This document shows, piece after piece, positions 37,731 through 50,614 of a stretch of 64,000 nt of DNA. This DNA comes from Heterodontus francisci. Lineage: Eukaryota. How positions within the stretch are numbered: the stretch's first letter is position 1; each line of letters opens with the position of its first letter. The notes beneath the pieces were generated by a model, which was given only the letters and a program-made list of their open reading frames with translations, searched no databases and had not been told where the DNA came from. The position numbers and the translations under genes were made by a program. The stretch covers positions 3,162,001-3,226,000 of the forward strand of contig NC_090404.1 of assembly GCF_036365525.1 (NCBI RefSeq), in the 5' to 3' direction.

Positions 37731-37787
37731 TAGGTTCCACAATTAATTTGGCCCCAGATCCAAATGTTAGCTTATTGGCATTATTCA
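37731..37787 (-). other. TRAJ: J-alpha family A: NNANKLTFGSGAKLIVEP
   Basis: CACAGCA 37788, 12 bp, GCAGAAACC; GT donor. Confidence 0.9.
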
Positions 37788-38129
37788 CACAGCATTACAT
37801 ACCAGTGCAGAAACCCATTTATCTGATACCTATTATATAGAGTATCTGTGAAATGAACTGTATATTATATTTTTGGATTGTCAATATTCCAATTTAGATT
37901 GTTAACAAGTGACGAATATTGCATATTTCCCATCTCATTCAAATCAATGCAATTTCAATCAGCCTTACACTTTAATACTAACTATTACTCAATGTAAAAC
38001 TAGAGATTAATTTGATCTACCTCTGCTTGGTGTCCATTGACTATCTGTACATTATTTTGACCAGAATTCATTATTTGTTTGTAAACTAATCTGCATGGTC
38101 ATTTTGAAGAATGATTATTGAGTTCTTAC

Positions 38130-38192
38130 CAGGCTTAACATTGAGTCTGGTGCCTCCTCCAAATACCATTTTAGCATAGCCTGCAGATTCCA
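38130..38192 (-). other. TRAJ: J-alpha family B: ESAGYAKMVFGGGTRLNVKP
   Basis: CACAGTA 38193, 12 bp, ACAAGAACT; GT donor. Confidence 0.92.
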
Positions 38193-38400
38193 CACAGTAA
38201 CTGATCCCTTGACAAGAACTCAGGATAGTAATTGTTCCCTATGTACCACTGTAGTCACTACTGAATTAATCTCATTGGCGTTTCAATGACTTGAATTCAG
38301 TAAGCAAACTAATTGTTCTATTTTCTAGATTATTCATGACAATTCTTTAATTTCTTTAAATCAGATTTGTGACATTGTTCTCCCTTAAGACAACACTTAC

Positions 38401-38460
38401 TGGGTTCCACGATTAGTCTGGTCCCACTTCCAAAAATAAGCTTGTAGCTCCCAACATTCA
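38401..38460 (-). other. TRAJ: J-alpha family C: NVGSYKLIFGSGTRLIVEP
   Basis: CACAGCC 38461, 12 bp, ACAAAAACC; GT donor. Confidence 0.93.
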
Positions 38461-39074
38461 CACAGCCCTACACTGCCTAACAAAAACCTTCTGAGGTAAT
38501 TATTATTCTACATCTATCTTAATCTTGTAATTTAAAGTAGAGAGGCACAAATTTTACCTGTTCACTTTAAATATATGTTTTCATCTATTTCTCTACCAAC
38601 ATATAGGAATAGTAAATTGATGTTTCATAGACAGGCACATAGATGCATAAATATATAGAGGCATCAGTGCATATCAACAACAGACAGCCCTTGGCAATTA
38701 TATTTGCTCAATATCCATGAACTGATTTTATTATAATAATACATTACAAAGAAACAGGCGATTCTATCCAACTGGCCTATTCCAACATTTCTGCTCCACA
38801 TCAGCTTCCTCCCACCCTCTTTATCCAATCTTATCAGGGTATTGTTCTATCCCTTTCACCTTGCTGTACTTATCCAGCTTCCACTTAAATCCATACATGC
38901 TTCTCACTTTTGGAGCTTCATGTGGTCGCAAGTTACAGACTCCAAAACAAACTCTTACAATATGCAGGAACATTGAACAGACAGCAAAATTATTTGATTA
39001 ATTGTTGGCAGTACAGAGAACATACACATGTGCGTAAGTCAATAGATAGTCTATAGTTATTAATGAATACTTAC

Positions 39075-39131
39075 TTGGCTCCACAATTAACGTTGTCCCT
39101 TTTCCAAAGATATAGCCAACTCCAGCATTCA
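39075..39131 (-). other. TRAJ: J-alpha family D with in-frame 6-nt deletion: NAGVGYIFGKGTTLIVEP
   Basis: CACAGCA 39132, 12 bp, GCAAAAACT; GT donor. Confidence 0.88.
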
Positions 39132-40388
39132 CACAGCATTGCATCCTTTAGCAAAAACTGTCTTCAGATTTACTGCAGTCGTTTTTTTTTTGCTCATTCT
39201 GACAATGCCATATTCATGACACTATCTGTACAAATCGTTTTTACATGTCTATTGACATTAATTAGGCACACCTATTTTAATTATTATGATTTTCACTGAA
39301 GCATTACTAAATTTTCCAGTACAAAGCTAAGGCTTCAATTTATATATCTGACCCTCCGAATGCTTCCCCAGTATTTCAGAAAGTGCCACACTCTCTCAGT
39401 GCTTTCCTGAATTATCATCTTGGATTGTATATTTCATATGTAGTGTGTGGGTACACTTCATAATTTCCTGACAAACAGGATGGTCTGTTGAACCCAGTTA
39501 TGATTCCTGACACTTTTCTCTCCCAATTTCAGTCAGTTCTTTCATTAATGAGACCTTAGGTTGTTCTATTGGAATTGTGTTTCTTTATTATCCTGTAGTT
39601 ATCCTTATTATGGTAATTATGTTCCAGATTATTACCAGCATCAGTCTCCTTAATATAACTGAGGTAGAATTTTGGATAACATTTGGAATGTGATAAAAGG
39701 AACATCATGCAACTAAGTAATGCTAACAATAAACTGTTATGCATTGACATACTTTTTAAACAAATAAATGAGAGTAATATCTGATCAAACCTATTCTAAA
39801 ATAAGATGGATATGCAACTCAATCTCTGATCTAGCGCAATAATGTTGAGACCATTTGATGAGGTTACTTTCTGAGGGGCTTTATAATGTCTTCCTGAATA
39901 TTATTACACTATTGTTGAAAACTTTTAAATGAAAATTACGCACATGCCATTGCGAAAAGTCTATGATCACATTTAGTTAAAATGGCTCGCTATTACTGCA
40001 CAGCACAAGACAGCAGAAGTACATATTAGTTCCAACTCAATGTTCAACTAATGCAGATTTTGCGAGGAGCACAGAAAAGCTTTTGATGGAACATTAAGAG
40101 GGATGAAAATGTTTATAATGCAATTATGTACAATTAAATACTTATCGTCCAGAATTGTGTAAAGTCTGAAAAGTTTTATCCCAGTACTAACACCCTGTAT
40201 TCTTTGGAGAGTCACAGATGGGTCCAAATTATTGTTGGATGTTTCAAGAATGTCAAGCTCAATTGTGATATATATCAGTTTATTTTGAAGTTGAATAATT
40301 ATAAGACTAAAGGAGATTTAATGTGATTTATTTGACAGATAGTCTACTATTGGGAAAAAAAGGAACAGGGAGATATAAAACAACTTAC

Positions 40389-40448
40389 TGGGGTGAACTT
40401 GGAGCTCAGTCCCAGCTCCAAATATCACCTTGAAGGAGTCAGCACTCA
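40389..40448 (-). other. TRAJ: J-alpha family E: SADSFKVIFGAGTELQVHP
   Basis: CACACCA 40449, 12 bp, ACAAAAATC; GT donor. Confidence 0.87.
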
Positions 40449-40685
40449 CACACCATTACACCCCTCAACAAAAATCCTTTCCTTAACAATGATTCATCAC
40501 CCTGACACATTCCTAATTCACATTAAGAATCCCCTCACCGTGCTTGAAGTAGGCCATTTCCAAAATTTCATATCACAGCGGGGAGGGCCAAATTATGTAA
40601 AAGTTAATTGGATCAATATTTCAAAGAATTTGATGACATGCTTTTCTGTTCTAATACATAGAACTGAAATCCTTTAATATCTCAC

Positions 40686-40742
40686 TGGGTATAAAGTGGA
40701 GCCTGGTCCCTAATCCAAAAATCAGTTTATTAGCATGGTTTA
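40686..40742 (-). pseudogene. TRAJ: J-alpha family F, defective: NHANKLIFGLGTRLHFIP
   Basis: Heptamer position reads GACTGCC. Confidence 0.78.
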
Positions 40743-41445
40743 GACTGCCTGATAGGCTAACACAAAACCCTTTCCCAGCCTGCCATTCCCAGACATTACA
40801 TCACCTGTTGTTTATTAAAGAACAATACACATTTTGCGTTGTGTTTTGGAATGTTTATCCAAGCCTTTAAATTTATGACTCAGAAACTGTTAACATCGCC
40901 CACACCAACTAAAATCGCATTGAATGTTCAGCACAGAAAGAGGCCGTTTGGCCCAACGCATCTGTGCCCGTGTTCGTATTCCACATGAGCCTCATCTCAT
41001 TCTACTTCATCTCACCCTCTCTGCACATTCATCTGTTCCATTCTCCATCTATTTATCTAGCTTCCCCTTAAGAGCATCTATGCTATTTACATCAACTACT
41101 CCATGTGACAGCAAATTCCACATTCTCACAACTCTCTGGGTAATAAAGTTTCTCTGGAATTCTACATTGGATTTATTAGTTATGATCTTATATTGATGAT
41201 CCCTAGTTTTAGTCTGCCGACAAGTGGAAAAGTCTTTCCTATTCAAACCCCTTCTTAATGTTAAAGACCTGTAATAGTTGACCCCTTAGCCATGTATTTT
41301 CTAGGGAAATGGTCCCCAGCCTGTTTAGTATTTCTTGATAGTTATTATTTAACTTTAATTGCAAACAACCGATGATACTCATTAACAAAGCAATTTTTCC
41401 ACTAATAATATCATAATAAAAAATACAGAATTAAACTTCACTTAC

Positions 41446-41502
41446 TAGGTTCCACAGTTAGTTTGGTCCCAGATCCAAATGTTAGCTTGTTGATATTATT
41501 CA
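41446..41502 (-). other. TRAJ: J-alpha family A: NNINKLTFGSGTKLTVEP
   Basis: CACAGCA 41503, 12 bp, GCAGAAACC; GT donor. Confidence 0.92.
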
Positions 41503-41827
41503 CACAGCATGACAGACCAGTGCAGAAACCCCTTTACCTGTTGCCTATTATATAGACTATCCACGAAATGAACTGTATATGATATTTATGGATCAATATT
41601 GTAATTTAGATTTTTAACAAATGCTGAATATTGCATATTCCCCATTTCATTCAAATCAATGTAATTTCAATCAGTGAATCACATTTATACTAACTATTAC
41701 ACAATGTTCAACTAGAGTTTAATTTTGTCTGGATCTGCTTGGTGTCCATTGACAATCTGCACATTATTTTGACCACCATTTGTAATTTGTTCATAAAATA
41801 ATGTGCATGGTAATTTTGAGTTCTTAC

Positions 41828-41890
41828 CAGGATTAACAATGAGTTTGGTGCCTCCTCCAAATACCATATTACCATATCCTGCAGGATCCA
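41828..41890 (-). other. TRAJ: J-alpha family B: DPAGYGNMVFGGGTKLIVNP
   Basis: CACAGTA 41891, 12 bp, ACAAGAACT; GT donor. Confidence 0.92.
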
Positions 41891-42104
41891 CACAGTAACT
41901 GATCCCTTGACAAGAACTTAGGATTCCCTATGACATGTGCTGGTTCCCTATGTACCGCTGCAATCACTACTGATATATTCTCACTGGCGTTTCATTGACT
42001 TGAAATAACTAAGCAATCTAATTGTTTTACTTTCTAGATTATTCATGACAATTCCTTAGTTTCTTTCAATCTGATTTATGACAATTTCCTTTCCTAACAC
42101 TTAC

Positions 42105-42164
42105 TGGGTTCCACGATTAGTCTGGTCCCACTTCCAAAAATAAGCTTTCTGTCTGCAGTATTCA
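42105..42164 (-). other. TRAJ: J-alpha family C: NTADRKLIFGSGTRLIVEP
   Basis: CACAGCC 42165, 12 bp, ACAAAAACC; GT donor. Confidence 0.93.
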
Positions 42165-42837
42165 CACAGCCCTACACTGCCTAACAAAAACCTTCTGATT
42201 TACTTGTTATTAATTGTCTATCATATTGTTGAAATTCAAGGTAACAGCATTATTTTGCTTGTTCACTTTATATACATTTTTCCACCTATGCATCAGCTAT
42301 CTATTTTATTGTTCTGTCTATCTCTCACTCTCTATTTACATGTAGGAATAATGAAAAGCTTTGTACTGCATGACAAGCACATCGACACATAAATATATGG
42401 AGGCAACAGTGCACATCAACAAAAGCCACCCCTTAGCAATTATATTTGTTTAGTATTATTGAATTTATTTAAACATTATAATAATATTACATGACAAAGA
42501 ATTTACACCACATTAACAGACTGCTCCGTCCAATTGGCCTATTCTAACATTTCTGCTCCATAGGAGCTTCCTCCCGCCCACTTTATTTAATCCTATCAAG
42601 ATATTCTTCAATTCCTTTCTCGCTGTAGTAATTATCCAGCTTCCCCTTAAATCCACACATGCTACTTGCCTAAAAGCTCCATTTCGTAGCAAGTTACAGA
42701 CTCCAAAATGAAATGTTACAATATTCAGAAATGTTGAAGATATAGAGAAGATATATTGGATTGATTGCTGGCAGTACAGAGAACACACACACGTATGCAA
42801 GTCTATAGATGGTCTATAGTTATTAATGAATACCTAC

Positions 42838-42900
42838 TTGGCTCCACAGTTAACTTTGTCCCTTTTCCAAAGATGAGCTTAGAGCCAGCTCCAGTGTTCA
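42838..42900 (-). other. TRAJ: J-alpha family D: NTGAGSKLIFGKGTKLTVEP
   Basis: CACAGCA 42901, 12 bp, GCAAAAACT; GT donor. Confidence 0.93.
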
Positions 42901-44164
42901 CACAGCATTGCATCCTTTAGCAAAAACTCCCTTCAGATTTACTGTACTCGTTTTTGCTCATTCTGGCAACTATATTTGAATGCTTGGCATCATCCAATGC
43001 CATAATAGTGACACTATCTGTGCAAATCATTTTCACGTGTCCATTGACATTAATTAGGCATATCTATTTTCAATCATTCTGTTCATCAATCAAGCATAAC
43101 TAACTTTCCAGAAAAAAGCTAAGGCTTCGATTTATATATCAATCCCTCTGAATGTTCCCCAGTAATTCTGAAAGCGCTACACTTTCTCAATGCTTTCCTG
43201 AATTATCATCCTGGATTATATACTTAATGCACAGTATGTGAATACATCTCAGAACTTCCTAACAAACAGAATGGGCTGTTAATAACTGAACCAGGTTACG
43301 ATTTATGACACTTTAATCTCCCAATTTCAGTCAGTTCTTTCATTAATGAAACCTTAGGTTGTTCTATTGGAATCGTATTTCTTGATTATCCTATAGTTAA
43401 CCTCAATGGCTGGTAATTATGTACCAGATTATTACCAGCATTTGTGTCATTAATATAATTGAGGTAGAGTTATAGATAACATTTGGAATTTGAAAAAAAA
43501 ACATGCACCTAAATGTCAATAAACAATTATGCATTGACACATTTGTTATCCAATAACTAAGAGTGATAACTGATTAAACCTAATCCGAAATAAGATGGAC
43601 ATGCAATTCGCTCTCTGAACTAAAGCAGTAACGCTGAGACCATTTGATGAAGTCATTTTCAGATAGATCAATCACCTTATAATGTTTTCCTGGTCATTAT
43701 AACACTAGGTAAAATATTGTTGACAACTTTTTAATGAAAACTAGGCACACACCTTTGCTAAAAGTCTAAGATCACCATTTAATTAAAATTGTTCACTATC
43801 TCTACACAGTAGAAGAAAGCAGAAGTATGTATTAATTCCAATTCCATGTACGTTTTATACAGAATTTTCAAGGGCCATAAAAGAGCATTTAATGGAAAAT
43901 TAAGAACAATGACAATGGTTGTAATGCAATTAAGCCCATCAGCAATGTATCATGCAGAAACGCGTACTGTCTGAAAGTCTTTATCTCAGTACTGACTAAC
44001 ACCCTATATTCTTTGGAGAGTCACAGATGGGTCCAAATTGGTGTTGGATGTTTCAAGAATGTCAACTCCAATGTGCTAAACATCCAATAATATGAAGTTG
44101 AATAATTGTAGGTGGTGAAGACTAAAGAAAGAAAAAAAAGAACTTGGAGATGAAAATAACTTAC

Positions 44165-44224
44165 TGGGTTGCACTTTGAGCTTAGTCCCAGCTCCAAATA
44201 TCACCTTGAAGGAGTTAGCAGTCA
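44165..44224 (-). pseudogene. TRAJ: J-alpha family E with defective RSS: TANSFKVIFGAGTKLKVQP
   Basis: Coding and donor intact; heptamer CTCATCA 44225 (CAC lost), 12 bp, ACAAAAATC. Confidence 0.8.
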
Positions 44225-44473
44225 CTCATCATTACACCCCTCAACAAAAATCCTTTCCTTAATAATGATTCATCTTCCTGACACATTCCTAATTCACATT
44301 AAGAACATCCCCTCACCGTGCTTGAAGTAGAATCATTTCCAAATTAGGTATTCAGATCAGTGTGGACCAAGTTACGTGAAACTTAATTTGATCCATATTT
44401 TAATTAATTTGATGACATGCTTTTCTTTACTGTTCTAACATACAGAACTGAAATCCCTGAACATCTCACTCAC

Positions 44474-44524
44474 TGGGTATAACCTGTAGCCTGATCCAAA
44501 AATCAGCTTATTTAGCCAGGTTCA
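44474..44524 (-). pseudogene. TRAJ: J-alpha family F pseudogene
   Basis: 7-nt deletion after FGSG; heptamer position ATCTGCC. Confidence 0.78.
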
Positions 44525-45219
44525 ATCTGCCTGATATACTAAAACCTTTCTCAGACATTACATCACCTGTTGTTTATTTTAAAAAAAAGTCTGTATTTTG
44601 AGTTATGTTTTGGGACATTTACCTAAGCCTTTAAATTCATGACTCAGAAATTGTTAATATCTCCAATACCAATTAAGTTTTACATAGAATTGCATTGAAA
44701 TTGCAGCACAGAAACAGGCCATTTGGCCCAACTCATCTATGCTTGTACTCATGTTACACATGAGCCTCCTCTCATCCTGTATCATCTCATCCTCTCTGCG
44801 TATCCATTTGTTCCTTTCTCCATCGTCTATTTACCTATCTTCCCTTTAAAGCCCCTATGCTTTTAAAATCAACTACGCCCTGTGGTAGCAAGTTCCATAT
44901 TCTCACCAGTCTCTGGGTAAAAAAAAAAGTGTCTCCGGAATTCTATTTTGGATTTATTAGTGATTATCGTACATTGATGATGCCAACAAGTGGAAAAATC
45001 TTCCCTTTGTCTCTCCTATCCAAACCCCTACTTCATGTTAAAGAGCTCTAATAGTTAACCCCTCAGCCGTTTGTTTTCTAGGGAAATGGTCCCCAGCCAG
45101 CTTAGTATTTCTTGATAGTTATTATTTAACTTCAGTTGTGAATAATTAACAATACTTATGACCAGAACAATGTTTTCACTAATAATATCATAAAAAATAC
45201 AGGATTAAGCTTCACTTAC

Positions 45220-45244
45220 TAGGTTCCACAATTAGTTTGGTCCC
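45220..45244 (-). pseudogene. TRAJ: 3' half of a family A J (GTKLIVEP plus donor, no RSS) made by a ~150-bp tandem duplication
   Basis: 45088-45244 is repeated at 45238-45392; junction at shared TGGTCCC. Confidence 0.8.
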
Positions 45245-45367
45245 CAGCTTACTTAATATTTCTTGATAGTTATTATTTAACTTTAATTGCGAATAACTAA
45301 CAATGCTTATTAATAAAACAATGTTTTCACTAATATCATAAAAAGTACGGGTTTAAACATCACTTAC

Positions 45368-45424
45368 TAGGTTCCACAATTAGTTTGGTCCCAGATCCAA
45401 ATGTTAGCTTACCGACATTATTCA
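45368..45424 (-). other. TRAJ: J-alpha family A: NNVGKLTFGSGTKLIVEP (13-bp spacer)
   Basis: CACAGCA 45425, 13 bp, GCAGAAACC; GT donor. Confidence 0.87.
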
Positions 45425-45767
45425 CACAGCATTAACAAGCCAGTGCAGAAACCCTTTTACCTGATACCTATTATATAGTTTATCCACAAAATGAACTGCA
45501 TATTCTATTTATAGGTCATCAATATTCCAATTTAGATTTTTAACATGTGCTGAATATTGCATATTTCCCGTCTCATTCAAATCAATGTAATTTCAATCAG
45601 TGACACATATTTATACTAACTATTACAGAATGTTCAACTAGAGTTTAACTTTGTCTGGATCTGCTTGATGTCCATTGACAATCTGTACATTATTTCACCC
45701 ACAATTCGTAACCTGTTTGTAAACTAAGTTGCATGGTCAATTTGAGGAACTATAATTGAGTTCTTAC

Positions 45768-45830
45768 CAGGATTAACAATGAGTTTGGTGCCTCCTCCAA
45801 ATACCATTGCACCATATCCTGTAGAATCCA
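45768..45830 (-). other. TRAJ: J-alpha family B: DSTGYGAMVFGGGTKLIVNP
   Basis: CACAGTA 45831, 12 bp, ACAAGAACT; GT donor. Confidence 0.92.
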
Positions 45831-46037
45831 CACAGTAACTAATCCCTTTACAAGAACTCAGGATAGTGCCGGTTCCCCATGTACCACTACTATTACCACT
45901 GATTTCCCCCCATTGTCATTTCAATGACCTGAATTAAGTGAGCAATCTAATTGTTCTATTTTCTGGATTATTCATGTAATTCTTTAATTTCTTTCGATCA
46001 GATTTGTGACATTATTATTTTATAATACAGCACTTAC

Positions 46038-46097
46038 TGGGTTCCACGATTAGTCTAGTCCCACTTCCAAAAATAAGCTTGTTGCTCCCAAGGTTCA
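46038..46097 (-). other. TRAJ: J-alpha family C: NLGSNKLIFGSGTRLIVEP
   Basis: CACAGTC 46098, 12 bp, ACAAAAACC; GT donor. Confidence 0.93.
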
Positions 46098-46763
46098 CAC
46101 AGTCCTACACTGCCTAACAAAAACCTTCAAAGTTAATTGTTATTCTTTGTCTATCTTACTGCTACAATTTAAAGTAACAGACACCTATTTTGTTTGTTCA
46201 CTTTACATATATATTTTCATCTATCAGCTATCTATCTTATTGTTCCCTCTATCTCTCTTTCAATCTCTATGTACATACAGGAATAATCAAAATGCTTCTT
46301 GTAATGCACAAAGAAGCACATCAATACGTAAATATATAGAGGCATCAGTGCATATCTAGAAAAGCCCCCTTGGCAATTATATTTGCTTAATATTATTGAA
46401 TTAATTTAAAGATTATAATAATATTACATTACAAAGAATTTACACCAGAGAAACAGGCTGTTTTGTCCAATTGGTCTATTCGAACGTTTCTGCTCCACAT
46501 CAGTGTCCTCCCACCCTCTGTATCTAATCCTGTCAGGATATTCGTCTATTCCTTTCTCCCTGCTGTAATTATCCAGCTTCCACTTAAATCCATACACACT
46601 ACTTGCCTCAACTATCCATCAAGGTCCATACTCCAAAATGAAAAGTTACCATATTCAGAAATGTTGAAATATAGAAAAAAATACTTGGATCATTGTAGGT
46701 GGGACAGAGAACATACACGTGTGTAGGCAGATAGATAGTCTATAGTTCTTAATGAATACCTAC

Positions 46764-46826
46764 TTGGCTCCACAGTTAACTTGGTCCCTTTTCCAAAGAT
46801 TAAATTATTGCCAAATCCAGTGTTCA
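46764..46826 (-). other. TRAJ: J-alpha family D: NTGFGNNLIFGKGTKLTVEP
   Basis: CACAGCC 46827, 12 bp, GCAAAAACT; GT donor. Confidence 0.92.
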
Positions 46827-48087
46827 CACAGCCCTACATCCTTTAGCAAAAACTCCCTGTAGTCATTTTTTTTGGTCATTCGGGCAACTTTCTTTGAATA
46901 CTTCAAAGCGTTGAGTGCCAAATTGTAATACTATTTGTAAAACCAATTTACATGTCCATTAGCATTAATTAGGCATCTATTGTTAATTATTCTGTTTATC
47001 AGTCAAACATAACTAGCTTTCCAGTAAAAAGCTAATGCTTTGATTTATATATCAGTCCCTCTGAATGCTTCCCCAGTAATTCTGAACTCTCTCGCTGCTT
47101 TCCTCAATTATCATCCTGGATTATATATTTCATAAGTCTCACAATTTCCTAACAAACAGGATGGGGTGTTAACAATTGAACCCAGTTATGTTTTCTGACA
47201 CTTTTCCTTCCCAATTTCAGTCAGTTCTTTCATTAATGAAACCTTAGGCCGTTCTATTGACATCGTATTTCTTTATTATCCTGTAGTTAACCTCAATGGG
47301 TAGTAATTATGTTCCAGCTAATATCCAGCATTGGTATCTTTAATATAACTGAAGTAGAATTATAAATATCATTTGGAATTTGATAACAACAGCAAATAAA
47401 TAAACAATTACAATTATTCATTACATGTTTGAACCAATAACTATGAGTAGTATCTGATCAAATCTAATTCGAAATAAAGTGGAAATGCAACTCACTCGCT
47501 GAACTAATGCAATATATTTAAGTCTATTTGATGAGGTCACTTTCCTTATAATCGCCTTACAATATCGTCCTTATCATTATAACACTAGGTAAAATATTGT
47601 TGGCAACTTTTTAAATGAAAATTAGACACACGTCATTGCTATAAGTCCATGATTATTAGTTAATTAAAACTGCTCAGTATCACTACACAGCACAAGACAG
47701 CAGAAATAGATACCAATTCCAACTCCATGTACATTTTATGCAGGTTTTGCGAGGGCCACACAAAGCACTTAATGGAAAATTAAGAGCAATGCAAATGGTT
47801 GTAATGCAATTAAGCTCATCAGCAGACTTATCATGCAGAACCGTGTAAAGCATTACAGTCTTTATCTCAGTAACAACGAACATCCTATATTGTTTGGAGA
47901 GTCACAGATGAGTTCAAATTCGTGTTAGATGTTTCACAAATGTCAGCATCAATTGTGATAAATATCATTTTATTTTGAAGTTGAATAATTCTAGGTGTTA
48001 AGACTAAAGAAGTGATTTAATGTGATTTATGGAGCAGATAGTCTATTGGAGAGAAAAGGAAGAACATGGAGATGTAAAATCACTTAC

Positions 48088-48147
48088 TGGGTTGAACTTT
48101 GAGCTCAGTCCCAGCTCCAAATATCACCTTGAAGGAGTCAGCACTCA
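48088..48147 (-). other. TRAJ: J-alpha family E: SADSFKVIFGAGTELKVQP
   Basis: CACACCA 48148, 12 bp, ACAAAAATC; GT donor. Confidence 0.87.
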
Positions 48148-48395
48148 CACACCATTACAGTCCTCAACAAAAATCCTTTCCTTAACAATGATTCATCTCT
48201 CTGACACATTCCTAATTCACATTAAGAACATCCCCTCACGGTGTTGGAAGTAGATCATTTCCAAATTAGGTATTCACCTCAGTGTGGACCAAGTTATGTG
48301 AAACTTAATTTGATCCATTCTTCAATTAATTTGATGACATGCTTTTCTTTACTGTTCCAACATATAGAACTGAAATCCCTAAACATCTCACTTAC

Positions 48396-48446
48396 TGGGT
48401 ATAACCTGGAGCCTGATCCAAAGATCAGCTTATTTGGCCAGGTTCA
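48396..48446 (-). pseudogene. TRAJ: J-alpha family F pseudogene
   Basis: Same 7-nt deletion and dead heptamer as 44474. Confidence 0.78.
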
Positions 48447-49162
48447 ATCTGCCTGATATACTAAAACCTTTCCCAGTCAGCCATTCCCAGGCATTTCATC
48501 ACCTGTTGTTTATTAAAGAACCGTCTGTACTTTGAGTTATGTTTCAGAATATTTACCTCTGCCTTTAAAATATGACTCACAGATGTTAATATTTCCCATA
48601 CCAATCACATTTTCCATAGAATTGCATCGAATGTGCAGTACATAAACAGGCCATTCGGGCCAACTCATCTATGCCTGTGTTCAATCTGACATGCATCTCA
48701 TCTCATTCCATTCCATCTCACCCTCTCTGTATATCTATCTGTTCTTTTCTCCATCATGTATTTATCTAGCTTCCCCTTAAATGCATCTGTGCTATTCAGA
48801 TCAACTATTCCCTGTGGCAGCAAGTTCCACATTCTCACCAGTCTCTGGGTAAAGGGGTTTCTCCTGAATTCTATACTGGATTTATTAGTGATTATCTTAT
48901 ATTGATGACCCCTAGCTTTAGTATGCCAACAAGTGGAAAAATCTTCTCTTTGCCTCTCCTATCAAACCCCTTCTTAATTTTAAAGCCCTTTAATAGATAA
49001 CTCCTGAGCCGTATGTTTTCTAAGAAAATGGTCTCCAGCCTACTTAATATTTCTTGATAGCTATTATTTATCTTAAATTGTAAGCAACTAACAATACTTA
49101 TTAACAAAACAATGCTTTACAAATAATATCATTAAAAAACGACAGCATTAAATTTCACTTAC

Positions 49163-49219
49163 TAGGTTCCACAATTAGTTTGGTCCCAGATCCAAATGTT
49201 AGCTTATTGACATTATTCA
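49163..49219 (-). other. TRAJ: J-alpha family A: NNVNKLTFGSGTKLIVEP
   Basis: CACAGTG 49220, 12 bp, GCAGAAACC; GT donor. Confidence 0.93.
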
Positions 49220-49559
49220 CACAGTGTTACAGACCACTGCAGAAACCCTTTTACCTCATGCCTATTATATAGACTATCCATGAAATGAACTATATATTAT
49301 ATTTATGGATTATCAATATTCCATTTTAGATTTTTAACAAGTGCTGAATATTGAATATTGTCCATCTCATTCAAATCAATGTAGTTTCAATCAGTGTCAC
49401 ACATCAGTACTAGTTAGGACACAGTGTTAAACTGGAGTTTAATTTGTCTACTTCTGCTTGGTGTCCATTGACAACTGCACATTATTTTGACCACAGTTCA
49501 TAATTTGTTTGTAAACTAACTTGCATGGTAATTTTGCAGACCTATAATTGAGTTCTTAC

Positions 49560-49622
49560 CAGGATTGACAATGAGTTTGGTGCCTCCTCCAAATACCACT
49601 TTAGCATTCGTTGTAGCATCCA
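49560..49622 (-). other. TRAJ: J-alpha family B: DATTNAKVVFGGGTKLIVNP
   Basis: CACAGTA 49623, 12 bp, ACAAAAACT; GT donor. Confidence 0.93.
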
Positions 49623-49828
49623 CACAGTAACGTATCCCTTTACAAAAACTCAGGATAGTGCTGGTTCTCAATGTAGCACTATGATCACCACTGATTTATT
49701 CTATGTTGTTTCAATGACTTGAATTCAGTAAGCAATCTAATTGTTCTACTTTCTAGTATATTCATGACAATTCTTTAATTTCTTTCAATCTGATTTGTGA
49801 CATTATTACTTTATAATACAACACTTAC

Positions 49829-49888
49829 TGGGTTCCACGATTAGTCTAGTCCCACTTCCAAAAATAAACCCTCTGTTTCCAGTATACA
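49829..49888 (-). other. TRAJ: J-alpha family C: YTGNRGFIFGSGTRLIVEP
   Basis: CACAGTC 49889, 12 bp, ACAAAAACC; GT donor. Confidence 0.92.
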
Positions 49889-50551
49889 CACAGTCCTACA
49901 CTGCCTAACAAAAACCTTCTAAGTTAATTGTTATTCTTTGTCTATCTTACTGCTGCTATTTAAAGTAACAGCACCTATTTTGTTTGTTCACTTCACATAT
50001 ATATTTTCATTTATCAGCTATATATCTTATTGTTCTATCTCTCTTTCACTCTCAATCTACATATAGAAATAATACAAAGGCTTCTTGTAATGCACAGAGA
50101 AGCACATCAATACGAAAATATATAGAGGCATCAGTGCAGATAAACAAAAGCCATCCCTTGGCAATTATACTTGCTTAATATTATTGAATTAATTTAAAGA
50201 TTATAATAATATTACATTACAAAGAATTTACACCAGAGAAACAGGCTGTTTTGTCCAATTGGTCTATTCGAACGTTTCTGCTCCACATCAGCGTCCTCCC
50301 ACCCTCTGTATCTAATCCTGTCAGGATATTCGTCTATTCCTTTCTCCCTGCTGTAATTATCCAGCTTCCACTTAAATCCATACACACTACTTGCCTCAAC
50401 TATCCATCAAGGTCCATACTCCAAAATGAAAAGTTACCATATTCAGAAATGTTGAAATATAGAAAAAAATACTTGGATCATTGTAGGTGGGACAGAGAAC
50501 ATACACGTGTGTAGGCAGATAGATAGTCTATAGTTCTTAATGAATACCTAC

Positions 50552-50614
50552 TTGGCTCCACAGTTAACTTGGTCCCTTTTCCAAAGATTAAATTATTGCC
50601 AAATCCAGTGTTCA
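50552..50614 (-). other. TRAJ: J-alpha family D: NTGFGNNLIFGKGTKLTVEP (identical to 46764)
   Basis: CACAGCC 50615, 12 bp, GCAAAAACT; GT donor. Confidence 0.92.

Noticed and set aside
43408-43440. 9-bp inverted repeat GCTGGTAAT...ATTACCAGC recurring in each cassette
   Set aside because: Recurrence is explained by cassette duplication; several copies have broken pairing without compensation.
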